Origin: an uncultured delta proteobacterium
GTDB lineage: Bacteria > Desulfobacterota > Desulfomonilia > UBA1062
NCBI GenBank assembly: GCA_963785235.1
Contig: CAWAUM010000013.1
Span: forward strand, 1 to 64,000
Direction: 5' to 3'
DNA: 64,000 bases
Shown: one piece after another, positions 1 to 11,223 of the stretch
Layout: every line of letters starts with the position of its first letter
Position numbering within the stretch: the first letter of the stretch is position 1
Position numbers and translations under genes: made by a program
The notes under the pieces: generated by a model
What the model was told of the DNA's origin: nothing
The model's input: only the letters and a program-made list of their open reading frames with translations
The model's database searches: none

Positions 1-325
1 CCGAAGGCCTTCAGCACAAGGCGTCTACATGCTTAGTCGGTGTATTATTGTCTCGGACTCGTTCGGCCCACAGACAGGCTTCCCGGTCCCAACCCCTCTT
101 AGTTTACCTGCAACCCAGGGGTCTGACTGCAGGTTTTGCCCATCTTAATTTGACGCCCAAACATGATCCGATGGGCGGGGTCATGCTCAGACGGGCTACT
201 CGTTAAGCAGCCATTGCGTAATTATAATCGTCGGCACTTATCGTGTCTCTGCTGGTTTTACGAGTTAGCAGAACTCGGCATGCTCCTTGGGTATCAACTA
301 CCCCCGTCGAACCCATTACGCCCCC
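1..325 (-). ncRNA. ssrA: tmRNA (3' end runs off the window start); tag peptide ADDYNYAMAA* at 235..203
   Basis: Minus strand begins GGGGGCGTAATGGGTTCGACGGGG. Internal ORF GCC GAC GAT TAT AAT TAC GCA ATG GCT GCT TAA ends in AA*. TAAGCATGTAGA motif near the 3' end. Confidence 0.95.
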
Positions 326-370
326 GTGGGTTATACTTACCTAATAGTATCTCTGATGGCATTTGTCAAA

Positions 371-933
371 TCAGCTCAAGGCATTTTCCAGGAGTTCGCA
401 CAGGATGTGGCCGATGAGGATATGCACCTCCTGGACCCTGGGTGTGTTGCCGGAAGGTACGGTTATGGCGCAGCCTGCAAGGTCCTTGATCTTCCCGCTT
501 TCACCTATGAGGCCTATGGTGGCTATGCCCATATCACGGGCAGTCTCGATGGCCCTGATGATATCCCTTGAATTGCCGCTTGTGGATATACCGATAAAGA
601 GGTCTCCTGCCCTGCCGAGGCGCCATGATCTGTTTTGCGAAATATCTCATCAAAGGAATAGTCGTTCCCGATTGCAGTAATCACCGAGGTGTCGGTGGTG
701 AGCGCAAGGCCTGCCATTGGCCTGCGCTCTTTCTTGAACCTGTTCACCAGCTCTGCGGCAAGATGCTGGGCATCCGCTGCCGACCCGCCGTTTCCTGCAA
801 ACATGATCTTACCGCCAACTTCTATACATTCAATCATCATGCGGGCAGCCTGCTCAATCTTCGGGGCCAGAGGCATAAGCCGTTCATGGAGGCCCTTGCT
901 TTCCTCAAGAATTGTAGAGATTGTGTCTTCCAT
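371..933 (-). CDS. gmhA: D-sedoheptulose-7-phosphate isomerase (frameshift near 630)
   Basis: GNGGSAADAQH, TAIGNDYSF; continues in another frame as ISTSGNS...RVQEVHILIGHILC to a stop at 371-373. Confidence 0.92.
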
Positions 934-1088
934 GCATAATCCTCATATTTCTATAATTATATATCATACTAGGTGAGAATAGCCCTTATCACAAGGATCA
1001 AAATCCCTCAAAAGCCCTGAGCACATGCAAGGGGATAAAAATGTAGAAGGAAACCCTTTGATCGAAGTCTAGTTGGAAGGCTTTGACG

Positions 1089-1361
1089 CTATACCCGGAA
1101 GTGGCCGTCTCTTTGTGAGTAGTCGAGAAGGAATTCCCTGCGGTGGGCCTTGAAGAAGACTACGAACTCCTTGTTGTAGTCCTCCAGGCATCCGAAGCTC
1201 CTGAAGATCTCATCAAACTCACTTTCCCGCATAATCCGGTCGATGTCAGGATCAAACTGCAGATCTTCGTCATTAATAGAGGAAAGTTCTACGCCTTGAA
1301 ACGGATTGACGCTCATCCGTAACCAGATTTTTCTTAGTGCACGTAGTATCTGTGTAAACAT
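1089..1361 (-). CDS. hypothetical protein
   Basis: 90-aa ORF, ATG start, divergent from the next operon; no motif recognised. Confidence 0.45.
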   Translation of the reverse strand: MFTQILRALRKIWLRMSVNPFQGVELSSINDEDLQFDPDIDRIMRESEFDEIFRSFGCLEDYNKEFVVFFKAHRREFLLDYSQRDGHFRV

Positions 1362-1476
1362 GTCATTAAACCCGCCGTATTTTGCTTGATACTTGACTTA
1401 TCGGCCCTGCATTACAAACCTTGAGCGCCCCTTGCGCGTAAAGAAACAAAGCCCCTTTGCCGATAGAGCAAATGAT

Positions 1477-1797
1477 ATGAAAGGCGCGATAAAAGACCTC
1501 TTGCAGATACCAGGCGTGCAGGGATATATCATAGCACAAGGGAAGAGCATGCAGATTAAGCTGCCTGCAAAAAATAAGTTTTCAGGGGCAAAAGACAGGC
1601 TGTGGCTCCTTTATCATGACCTTATCGGAGGCAACAGCCGCCCTGGAAATACTGTAGAAATCCTCCTGGAGGATGTGCTGCTTACGATCTTTCTCTCAGG
1701 AGAAACCATGTTGATGGTGGTATCGAGCCTGAGGGCCAACCAGGCTCTGCTTCGCATGACAGGCAAGCTTATTATTGCGAATATGACCAAGGAGTAA
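1477..1797 (+). CDS. Roadblock/LC7 (MglB-like) small protein
   Basis: ~106 aa, LLQIPGVQGYII N-terminus and ANQALLRMT C-terminal helix typical of Roadblock folds; first gene of operon. Confidence 0.6.
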   Translation: MKGAIKDLLQIPGVQGYIIAQGKSMQIKLPAKNKFSGAKDRLWLLYHDLIGGNSRPGNTVEILLEDVLLTIFLSGETMLMVVSSLRANQALLRMTGKLIIANMTKE

Positions 1798-1806
1798 CAA
1801 GAACGT

Positions 1807-2614
1807 ATGAAGCAGGATATCAGCGGCGATCTTGAAAACACACGGTGCCCGGAGATCATCAAGATACTCTCGCTCGGCAAGCGATCGGGAAGGCTCTACC
1901 TGACCAACGGGTCAGATTCCGGGAATATCTTTTTCACTGACGGAGAGGTAATCCATGCCCAGTGCGGAGCTTTAAACGGCATCAAGGCCATCCAGGAGAT
2001 TGCGGTCTGGACATCCGGCGAATACCGTTTCTTTGTGGATGAACCCGCAGACATGCAGACCGTCATCATGGGCATTGATGAGGTCCTTGCCGAAACCACT
2101 TCTCATCTGCGCCAGATGGACAAGATCACCTCACTCATCCCATCCTCTTCCGCTGTTTACGCCCTGGAGCCGGACATCAGGGACAAGGAGGTCCAGCTCA
2201 AATCCATTCAGTGGAGGGTTCTGACCACCATCGACGGCAAGAAATCCATAGCCGACATAGCGCAGGGCATCAACCTCGGTGTCTCGGACTGCATGAAGAT
2301 CCTCTACACCCTTCTCAGGATGGGCTTGCTGCGATGATGCAGCCCAGCAGGACAACCAGGAGGTACGCCGGGCAATAAAACTGCCTGAAACGGAATTCAT
2401 CAATTCCCTGAAAAGCGCCCTCACACAGGCCATGGGGCCCATTGCCCCCTATATTATCGTGGAGACGGCTGAAGATCTGAAGGCCGATCTCCTCTCCGAC
2501 AGCACGGATCAGAAGGCCTTCCTCATTGAGACGCTCTCCAGCAAGATACCCAGTGAAAAGATGTCCTTGAAATTCTTAGATGCCATGACTGACTGGCTCA
2601 AGGCGGAGGTTTAA
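1807..2614 (+). CDS. DUF4388 (PatA-N-like) domain protein with helix-turn-helix-like segment (frameshift near 2335)
   Basis: ISGDLE..CPEIIKIL...SGRLYL...GNIFFTDGEVIHA...W.SGEYRF; QWRVLTTIDGKKSIADIA; continues in another frame to MGPIAPYII... Confidence 0.75.
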
Positions 2615-2620
2615 TCTCCC

Positions 2621-3371
2621 ATGAAGATAAAGGTATTTTTCATAGTGTGCATCGGTGCCATGGTGATGTTGGGTATTTCATCTATACTCATTTTTACCCA
2701 GCTGCGCTCCGTGCAAAAGGTAAACCTGGACCCGCTGACGCGATTCTCTCTTTAAAGAGGATTCCAAGATACTGACATGGATACTATCATCAATCCCCCC
2801 TGAAAAGATACATACCTTGAAGCTGCCCGAATCATGGGCCGAGATCTTTGTGGTGAACAACAGTGATCTTCAGCTGGTCTCTTCCACGAACACGGCCCAC
2901 AAAGGGATCGCCCTGTACCAGCACAGGGCCCTTCTGGACCAGGCGGATAAAATCGTAAATGCCATAAAAACCAGGAAACCGACAACCGTGAGCTCCAAAG
3001 AATTCATGGTTGTGATTCAACCTCTGTCTGCTGAACAGTCCATCGTTGCCTTGAAGCCAAAGGCATGGGAAAATGGTTTGTTCTCGGAGCACAACAAACA
3101 GATCGAAGATGCATCTTCGAGCATTTTAATCATGATGGGTATCTTTTTGATTATCGGGTCGTGCATAACCATATTGATAGCGTATATCATCACCAGGACC
3201 GTAGCAGCCCCGACCAGCTATGCGCTCGACGCCTTGGAGGCCTTGAGCCTGGGTGATTTCAAACAAGAGATTAAAACAACAAAGAGCCACGAGATGGAAT
3301 CATTCACCGAATCATATCTCCGTTTAAAGACATCTTTGGAAATCGCCCTCGATAGGATCTCAAGGAGATAG
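2621..3371 (+). CDS. membrane protein with extracytoplasmic domain and C-terminal HAMP, no output domain (frameshift near 2750)
   Basis: N-terminal TM at 2621 (MKIKVFFIVCIG), second TM, then HAMP (ITRTVAAP...LSLGDF...EMESF...LKTSL). Confidence 0.65.
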
Positions 3372-3372
3372 C

Positions 3373-4443
3373 ATGCCCAAGCAGGTACTCATCGTAGACG
3401 ACGAAGAAACCCTGACCTGGTCACTGGCAAAATCGCTTTCACATGACCGTGAAACCTATGACGTGACAACGGTAAATGATGGAGAAACCGCGCTTAGAAT
3501 TTTTGACGAACAGGCCTTCGATGTCGTAGTGCTCGATATCAGGCTTCCGGGCATAAGCGGGCTGGATGTCCTGGTACAGATCAAGGAAAAGAAGCCTGCT
3601 ACAAAGGTCATCATGATGACTGCCTATGGGTCAATGAATGTTAAGGAAAAGGCCAAGGCGCGAGGCTCTCTTTTCTACATCGAAAAACCCTTTGAGATAG
3701 AACAGATGAGGGGGCTCATCCTCAAGGCACTGAAGGAGGATTCTGCACGGGGCTTCGCAGGCAGTATCACCGGCCTGCAGCTGCCGGACCTTATCCAGAT
3801 GAACTGTTTGAGTCAGATGACCACGGCCCTTTTCGTAAAAAAGGATGATCGCAAGGGCTGCATCTATTTTGAAGACGGCCAGATCACCCACGCCGAGGTG
3901 GGGGCCATCGAAGGGGAAGAGGCCCTTTTCACCATCCTGTCATGGTCAACGGGAAATTTCAAGTTCGTGGGCGGCACCAAGGCGCCCAGAAACTCCATCT
4001 CCACAAATTGGGAATACCTTCTCATAGAGGGCATGCGGCGCGCCGACGAGATGAGTCTGGCCCTGGAGCGGGGCGAGATCGAGGACAGCGACACAGCCCC
4101 GGTGGATGACTCCACACGTACGCTCGTGAAGAATCTCTCATCGCTGAATGAATGTTCAGGCATCGCCCTGATGAAATCCGCCCAGGAGATCCTCTATCAG
4201 AGCGGCAACATCGGCAAGGAAATTAACATTCCTTACGTTGCCAAGTTCTACATGAACCTTCCCGAGGCGCTCGGCGACCTCTGCCCCACCAGGCCCAAGA
4301 AGGTGACGTTCATCGACCAGGGCAGGCTGGTGCTGCTCTTTCCTTTCAAAATTTTCGCCCTCATTGTACTTATCAACAGGTCCGTGATCTCTCAGGAGAC
4401 GTCATCGGCCATAGAGCGCCTTATTGAACGGTATCAGGTTTAG
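3373..4443 (+). CDS. response regulator: REC + DUF4388 + C-terminal Roadblock-like domain
   Basis: VLIVDDE, LDIRLPG, MTAYG, EKPF receiver motifs; FAGSITGLQLPDLIQM...GCIYFEDGQITHA DUF4388. Confidence 0.85.
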   Translation: MPKQVLIVDDEETLTWSLAKSLSHDRETYDVTTVNDGETALRIFDEQAFDVVVLDIRLPGISGLDVLVQIKEKKPATKVIMMTAYGSMNVKEKAKARGSLFYIEKPFEIEQMRGLILKALKEDSARGFAGSITGLQLPDLIQMNCLSQMTTALFVKKDDRKGCIYFEDGQITHAEVGAIEGEEALFTILSWSTGNFKFVGGTKAPRNSISTNWEYLLIEGMRRADEMSLALERGEIEDSDTAPVDDSTRTLVKNLSSLNECSGIALMKSAQEILYQSGNIGKEINIPYVAKFYMNLPEALGDLCPTRPKKVTFIDQGRLVLLFPFKIFALIVLINRSVISQETSSAIERLIERYQV

Positions 4444-4959
4444 GTTCACAAGGCCTTCCAGGTCTTCATTGCACCCTTGAGAAAGTATCTCCTGGACGCT
4501 CAGGCATGTCTGGTGATGCAAAAGTATCCGCTCACGCCTCGCATCATCCGTTCCATATCTTTGCATGAGATCAAGAAATCTCCTTGTCAGTGATACGACC
4601 CGATCATGCATCACCCGTTTGTCGGCATAATTTACCACCATGGCCTCGTCTACATCGAATGAATCCAATCTCACATGCCGGCCCACAACCTCACCCACCA
4701 GGGGGTAACCCTCGCGGTACAGAAATTCTTTGGCCATGAGCGCATGATCTTTCACTGTGCCGATGCAGTCCATCTTGCATATGTCATGGAGCAGCGAAGA
4801 GCGCTCAACCAGGGCCAGGTCTATGGAGAACCCTGATGATTTAAGCCAGGCCCCGATCACCAGGGCTACCCGCCCCACCATGAGAGAATGACGGAGGATA
4901 TGCTCCGGCATATGGCAGGCCTCGATGATCCGGAATGCTTCCGCGCGAGAGGGAATCAC
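4402..4959 (-). CDS. HD-domain metal-dependent phosphohydrolase
   Basis: RHS...LLHDICK...H...YADKRV. Confidence 0.85.
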   Translation of the reverse strand: MIPSRAEAFRIIEACHMPEHILRHSLMVGRVALVIGAWLKSSGFSIDLALVERSSLLHDICKMDCIGTVKDHALMAKEFLYREGYPLVGEVVGRHVRLDSFDVDEAMVVNYADKRVMHDRVVSLTRRFLDLMQRYGTDDARRERILLHHQTCLSVQEILSQGCNEDLEGLVNLNLIPFNKALYGR

Positions 4960-7062
4960 TTCTGAGCTGCACCTGTATTACTATTACCCGGACGCAGAAT
5001 GTCTCCCATGCCGAGGAGTTTCACGTTCAGTGACCAGGTAGTCTTCCTGGGTGTTATATTTCCTTGGGCAACCACTCGTCTTTCGGCAACAATGGCCCAG
5101 CACTGAGAGTTATAGCCAATGGTCTGCGTCTGGTTGTCGAACTTATGGTCCATGAAGTTGAACTTCACTTCGTATCCGGCTACAAGCCCTTTCATCAGCA
5201 TTGCCTGAATACCTGCGGTGATGAGTTTTGTGTCCGGCCTGTGATATTCACCCCCCAAGGTGAGCGCATCTCCCCTCGTATCAGTCAATGAAAGCCTTGT
5301 TGACTGCGCTGATGTCGCATATGGACTTCCTGAAACCTTGCTTAAAATATTGGTGTGGGAGGCACTCAGCCAGGAGAATGGCTGAAGGGTTGCTCTTACA
5401 TTGATATCGTTCCATTGTTCTGTGAGGTAATTGTAGTAGCTGTCAACACTCAGATCAGCCAACGATGCACCTTGGCTGTTCCGAATATAATTAGATAGAC
5501 TTAAAACCATGTTGACGGTCTTATCCCAGTCATCTCCGGTTACGAGTTGCGGAAAGGCATCGTCAGGATCATTCAGATCATAGTTACCCCCGATACGGGA
5601 TAGATGTGTCCATGTTATCCCCGGTATCACCTGATGATACAACCCCCCTGCAAACCTGGAGCTGTACAGTGTTGTAGATAGTGATGCCCCCCGCTCTTCC
5701 CAATGCTCCTGATAGGTTGAATCAGGGTAAAGATCCTTTGTCTCAGAGAACAATGTGTCGCGATAGAGTTCCTTCACATATGGCCTGAATGTGAAGTATG
5801 GGAACACATTCAGCGGCCATGATACCTCGGTCTGGGCATTGTCTTTAAAGGCCTCGATGGAGTCAAGGGTGTAAATCCTTGTGGAGTTGACCTCTGCCGA
5901 TACCTGAAGGGGGGTATACGGTATATTTTTCTCCCTCACCCGTGCGGTAATCTTGGGAAGCTCCTGGAGGGTCTTCCCGTTGTCTTTGACGGTCAAGTCC
6001 TGTTTCCATTGACTCGATAAGGCCAGGGAAATCCCTTTATAAGAATTAACCCACTGGAGTCGGGAAATGAGTTCTGTAAGATTTGAATCATCGAGCTGAT
6101 TTACCTCACCACCAGTCATGGAATCTTTCAGGTATTTCGGATCATAAAACGCCCCTATGTCCCTGAAGTAGTCAACATTGCTCACCAGGTTGATATCCCA
6201 GTTCAGGTTGTTGCCGCCCTTGTCTGCCTTGACAAACCATCTGTCTTCAGGGATGGTTTGCAGCACACCTCCATTACCTTTTTCCCCTCCCCGTTTGTCA
6301 TGAAGGTTCTCGAGGTAGATCAGACCGTTCTGATCGTAATCTATGGAATACCTCAATTCGTTTTTCATGAGCAGACCCCGCTGGGTCAGCCAGGTAGGGG
6401 TTAAGGTCCAATCCATTGACCTGCCAAGTACGATATATGCCAGGCAGGCCGAGGCGATAGCCATAATCGGACCCATGGCCGAGCTCAGGGAGAAGCAGAC
6501 CGGAGTGACGGGAGAGATCGGCCGGAAAGAGCAGGTACGGAATCCTGAGCAGGGGCCATGACCTTACCTTGAACCGTGCATCTTCAGCAGTTCCATACCC
6601 CCCCACCGGTATCTCAAGCCCATCTGCAGAAATGGACCAGTCGGGCGGGTCCCCAAGGCAGTGGGTGAATTCAATGGATTGTCCGGTAATGTAATCCTCG
6701 CCATAGCGCGTGATGGATTCTCCGGATATCTTCATGGCCTGGTCATAGCTGAGAATCGTGCCGTTTTGGATATGAAGGTCTTTTCTCCTGGCATTATAGG
6801 AAAGGGCGGAGGCATTGACCTCCCCCTTGGGCTCTCTCATGGTGCAGTCACCAGTCGCCCAGATGTCTTCGGTTGAGATATCGTAGACAACATAATCGGC
6901 CTTTAAGGTGAGGTCCTCTCCCGTTACCACCACGTTCCCGTAGGCCTCGATGCGCTGGCCGATCTTGAGCACATCATCCGCTTCCACATTGAGCATCTTT
7001 GCCACGGCATTCCCTTGAAAGAAAAAACAGATGAGGGCAATCAGGAAGACCAGCCTGGACAT
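4956..7062 (-). CDS. lptD: LPS-assembly protein LptD (frameshift near 6430)
   Basis: Signal peptide, OstA-like N-domain (GNVVV..LKADYVVYD, FTHC..PPDWSI, SGLLLP), beta-barrel with YNSQCW near C-terminus; next to folC. Confidence 0.8.
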
Positions 7063-8196
7063 ATGAGCAGTTCCCTTACCTCTCCTACGGTATAGAATGA
7101 ACCCGTGACCACAACGGGCAATCCGGTCTGAATCGCTTCAGTAAAGGCCTGCGTGACGCTTTCGAATACCGTGACATTGCCTAATGCCTCCACGCGCCTC
7201 ATTTCGGGTTCTCCCCATGATCTCGGCGATCGCACCGGGGCTATGAAGAGGTGTGAGCATATTTCTTTCAAGGTCATGATAATCGTCAGGTAGTCCTTGT
7301 CGGATAGAATACCTGCAACCGCCACCCCATCAAAGCCGCTATCTTTCAGGTGCTCCACAAGGACTAGCATAGATGAGGGATTGTGCGCCACATCCATGAT
7401 TATTTGTTCGCCCACCTTTTCAATCCTTCCCGGAAGGAATGATGTCATAAGGGCATTGGTCAGCGCCGATTCTTCCGGAACGGCTCCAAGAAGCTGCGCA
7501 CAGAGTAAAGCCAGGGCTGCATTGCCTTTTTGAGGCCCACCGGCCAATGATACAGCCCTTATGCCCGGGGCCTTCATCACATGCAGCTGGGCACCCATAG
7601 AGCTTGCATGGTCCTTTATCACACCAAGGGCCTCACCGGTAGCCGAGGTGACAAGGGGCCTGCCGGGCCGTGCTATCAAAGCCTTCTCGCCGGCAATAGC
7701 GGTAATGGTATTACCGAGGTAATCGGTGTGATCTATGGATATATCGGTTATGATCGAGACGGCAGGGTCCAGGGCATTGGAAGCATCATACCTGCCGCCA
7801 AGGCCGACCTCGAAGATGCCCACATCAATCCTGTTCCTGGCAAACAGCTTGAGCGGCAAGGATCACGCACCATTCGAAATAGGTCAGACCGAACTCACCC
7901 ACAAAGGGTTCCAGTTCTTCGCGCAGTCTTTTCAACTCATGGGAGTTTGCCTGGCTCCCATTGATCCTGAACCTTTCCGTGAATCTGCTTACATGTGGGG
8001 ACATGGTCGTTCCCACGCGTCGTCCGGTGCTCATGAGGATCTTCTCTAAAAAGATACAGGTGGAGCCCTTGCCGTTGGTTCCGGCTATGAGAACATGGGG
8101 ATATGCACGCTCAGGGTGGTCAAGCGCATCAAGCGCCTTTCTTACCCTTTCAAGGCCTAAAGACCACTTGTGCTGATCGACATTTAAGAGAACCAT
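7041..8196 (-). CDS. folC: folylpolyglutamate synthase/dihydrofolate synthase (frameshift near 7850)
   Basis: IAGTNGKGS, SPH..FTERFRING, EVGLGGRYDASN, DVAHNP, TGSFYTVG. Confidence 0.92.
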
Positions 8197-8933
8197 TTCA
8201 GGAAGAAGGCGAGAACCTCGCGCAGCTGGTGACGGTGCACGATCATATCAATGAACCCGTTCGCCATCAAGCGGCTTGCATCCTGAAAGTCCGGTGGCAG
8301 CGTGCAGCTCATGGTGGCTTCTATGACACGCGGTCCGGCAAAGCCGATCCGCGCGCCGGGCTCTGCAAGCATGATATCAGCAAGCCCTGCAAAACTAGCA
8401 CTGACGCCGCCTGTCGTAGGATCGGTGAAGATGGTTATCATGGGAACATCTTCAGTCAACGCCCTGGCATGGACTGTGCGGAGCATCTGGAGCAGGCCCC
8501 AGATACCCTCCTGAACCCGCACCCCGCCCGAGGCGCAGAAAACCACAAAGGGGATCTGCTTGCGCTGTGCATTATGCATCAGATCTACAATGGTCTGGCC
8601 GACTCTCACACCCATGGACCCGCCCTTGAAGGAAAAGTCCATGACGCCGAGAACGCACGGTTGTCCCAGTATCAATGCCCGGCCGCACTTCAGTGCATCA
8701 TCGGAAGAAGGCGAGAGCTCCTCTGACCTGACTGCGGCAGGCTCAATCTCGACAAACGACCCCTCATCGCAGATAATGGCTATCCGGTCCTTTGCGTTCA
8801 TGCGCATGTGAAAATCGCAATGGGGACAGACCAGCTGATTCTCTTTTAATCTGGATGTGATGATAGTCTCTGAACAGGACGGGCATTCGGTCCATCTCCC
8901 ATCCTTTTTGGCGATATCTAAGACCTCTGTCAA
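8184..8933 (-). CDS. accD: acetyl-CoA carboxylase carboxyltransferase beta subunit
   Basis: Zn-finger CPSC...CPHC, MDFSFKGGSMG, ASGGVRVQEG, PTTGGVSASF, GFAGPRVIE. Confidence 0.92.
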   Translation of the reverse strand: MTEVLDIAKKDGRWTECPSCSETIITSRLKENQLVCPHCDFHMRMNAKDRIAIICDEGSFVEIEPAAVRSEELSPSSDDALKCGRALILGQPCVLGVMDFSFKGGSMGVRVGQTIVDLMHNAQRKQIPFVVFCASGGVRVQEGIWGLLQMLRTVHARALTEDVPMITIFTDPTTGGVSASFAGLADIMLAEPGARIGFAGPRVIEATMSCTLPPDFQDASRLMANGFIDMIVHRHQLREVLAFFLKWFS

Positions 8934-9679
8934 ATGGTGATTACCTCCCCCCCTCGGATATATTCGTACCTTTGTGGCAGCTCGGCTACGACCTCTTCCA
9001 TATGCTTGGGCTTGATATGGTAGATGATTACCCGGGTGGAGGGAGAAAGGACACCGTCAAGGCCTTTCATGATCAGTTCGGGAGTAAGGTGTTGTGTGAT
9101 TTCAGCGATATCGCCCATAGAACTCGGGAAAGATGCTTCCATAAAGCATGCCTTCAGGTCGGAACCGAGAGATTTGATGAGATCGAAGAGATCCTTATGG
9201 GATCCGGTATCCCCGGTAAACAGGGCATACTTACCTTCTTCGCAGAGCACATAGCCCAGTGAACCATCTATGTGGTTTTCCGCAAAGGCCTTAACCCGGA
9301 TACCCTCAAGGTCGAACCAGTCCTGCGGCACAGGCTCAAGGCTTAAAAATGACCTGTCGGCATCAAGCTCGGCCATGTCGGGCCATATGAGTCCATTAAA
9401 GACATGTGCCTTTAAGGCCTCGATAGTGGCTTGGCTGCCCATAATCCTGATCCCTGACGCCTTCTTGCCGAAGAGTGCATCCACCAGAAACGGGAGTTCC
9501 TTGATGTGGTCTATATGCGGATGCGTAATCAGGATGTTCCTGATCCCCTCAAGGGCACTATCGGGGAGCACAGACATAACAGACCCTGCATCAATCAGGA
9601 TCTTTGAGTTGATCAGTATGCTGGTCGTGTTGAAACCCTGCATTACCGATCCGCTGCAGCCGAGGATTTCGATCTTCAT
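8930..9679 (-). CDS. MBL-fold hydrolase, cyclic-nucleotide phosphodiesterase-like
   Basis: ILGCSGS, IDAGS, THPHIDHI, FNGLIWPD, GDTG, EASFP, HLTP, YHIKP. Confidence 0.8.
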   Translation of the reverse strand: MKIEILGCSGSVMQGFNTTSILINSKILIDAGSVMSVLPDSALEGIRNILITHPHIDHIKELPFLVDALFGKKASGIRIMGSQATIEALKAHVFNGLIWPDMAELDADRSFLSLEPVPQDWFDLEGIRVKAFAENHIDGSLGYVLCEEGKYALFTGDTGSHKDLFDLIKSLGSDLKACFMEASFPSSMGDIAEITQHLTPELIMKGLDGVLSPSTRVIIYHIKPKHMEEVVAELPQRYEYIRGGEVITI

Positions 9680-9927
9680 CTAATCTGGTACCTTTACCTT
9701 AAACAATACGCACTTTCCACACCATTTTCTTTGAACCGATCTCCCTTCTCTTCGGCTATTGGAGGATGAAACTATAATTAATGAGTCTTGAACGGCTCTA
9801 TAGCCCGTGGTGAGGTACTGGGAAGATTCAGACCTATTCAAGATGCTCATCTTGCTAGTGAGATGAGCATCTTGAATAGGCTGAATTAATCCGAAATTTT
9901 GCATTTAATAGGCGTAAAAAAAACTAA

Positions 9928-10013
9928 TCCGTTAAAAACCTCAATAACGCAGCCTTGAAGGCCCGAGAAGGCTATCGTTCCACAAAGGCTGCGTGATTGA
10001 GGTTTTTAACGGA
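9928..10013. repeat. long inverted repeat (29-bp arms, 1 mismatch, 28-nt spacer)
   Basis: TCCGTTAAAAACCTCAATAACGCAGCCTT ... AAGGCTGCGTGATTGAGGTTTTTAACGGA. Confidence 0.85.
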
Positions 10014-10038
10014 CCTAATTTTTAAAAAAAATACCACC

Positions 10039-11100
10039 CTATGGTTTATCGTCCTTAGCAAATTTCTTGGCCATGGTACCCACCTGCTGGGAGCATGCCC
10101 TCGGGCATACAAGGATTGCATCAGGGCCTTCCACCACCACAAGGTCGTTTACCCCGATGAGCACGATATGCTTGTCCGTGGACCAGATCACGTTTCGCTC
10201 GGCATCTACAAGCTCTCCGGAACCCCGTATGGTATTCCCCTTGGTATCCGTGGTGAACAGGTTTCCCATGGCATCCCAGCTGCCCACATCGCTCCAGCCG
10301 AAATCCACAGGGATCACGGCCACACGGGATGCCTTTTCCATAATACCGTAGTCAATGGAGACCTTTGGTGCGGCCAGATAGAATCGTTCTACACTCTCAG
10401 GATCAGTATCAATAGAAGCCTTAAGCTTCATGAGCTCTTCGGAAAGATCGGCCATGTAACGGGAGAACATGTCAAGGATGGTGTCCGCCCGCCAGAGGAA
10501 CATGCCTGCATTCCACAGATACCCGCTCTTTAGGTACTGCTCGGCAAGGATCCGGGCAGGTTTCTCATGAAAAGACTTAACCCTTTTAAGGGTGAGTCCA
10601 CCCTGACTCAACAGGACGACCTCAGGTGCGATATACCCATACCCTGTCTCGGGCCGCTCGGGCACAACACCCAAGGTTATGAGGAGGTCCGGGTGCGATT
10701 GCAGAGCCCTGGCCCCGAAGAGTATTGCCTCTTTCAATTTGGCAGGCTCCCGGATGATATGATCTGATGGAAAGACGGCCATCATTGCCTCGGGGTCCTT
10801 CTTCGAAATGACCACGGCTGCATACCCGATACATGGCGCAGTATTACGTCCTACAGGCTCGGCAAGGATATTGCCTGGTGGGATCTCCGGTAGCTCTTCC
10901 GCTACCTTTGCAGCCAGGTCCCTGGAGGTAACCACATAAATATTATCGGCCGGAGCAAGATCGAGAGACCGCTCGAATGTTACCCTGAGCAAGCTCTTGT
11001 CGCCTTCAAAGGGGATAAGCTGTTTCGGCATCTGGTCCGATGATACCGGCCAGAGCCTCTCCCCTTTTCCCCCTGCCATGATCACAACCTGTAGGGCCAT
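10039..11100 (-). CDS. manC: mannose-1-phosphate guanylyltransferase
   Basis: MAGGKGERLWPVS, PKQ, EPVGRNTAP, PSDH, ETGYGYI, FHEKP, WNAGMF, SIDYGIMEK, WSDVGSW. Confidence 0.92.
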   Translation of the reverse strand: MALQVVIMAGGKGERLWPVSSDQMPKQLIPFEGDKSLLRVTFERSLDLAPADNIYVVTSRDLAAKVAEELPEIPPGNILAEPVGRNTAPCIGYAAVVISKKDPEAMMAVFPSDHIIREPAKLKEAILFGARALQSHPDLLITLGVVPERPETGYGYIAPEVVLLSQGGLTLKRVKSFHEKPARILAEQYLKSGYLWNAGMFLWRADTILDMFSRYMADLSEELMKLKASIDTDPESVERFYLAAPKVSIDYGIMEKASRVAVIPVDFGWSDVGSWDAMGNLFTTDTKGNTIRGSGELVDAERNVIWSTDKHIVLIGVNDLVVVEGPDAILVCPRACSQQVGTMAKKFAKDDKP

Positions 11101-11223
11101 AATACTCCTCTAAGATTCCCTCATGGGAATTTGAATTTTCAAAAACTGAAGAACTGGCTTATTATACTCTAATTAATTTGTTGACGCCATATCGGAAGGT
11201 ATCCTAGAACCTACACCCATCAT

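Noticed and set aside
1-325. Prophage or island integrated at ssrA
   Set aside because: The tmRNA 3' end (usual att site) is outside the window, and no integrase or phage genes are seen.
163-976. Plus-strand ORFs over ssrA and gmhA, and the many other short antisense ORFs in the track
   Set aside because: Shadow frames of better-supported genes, with no motifs or RBS.
2335-2337. TGA ending the DUF4388 ORF as possible Sec
   Set aside because: The protein continues in a different frame (DDAAQQ...MGPIAP), so this is a frameshift, and there is no Cys-equivalent context.
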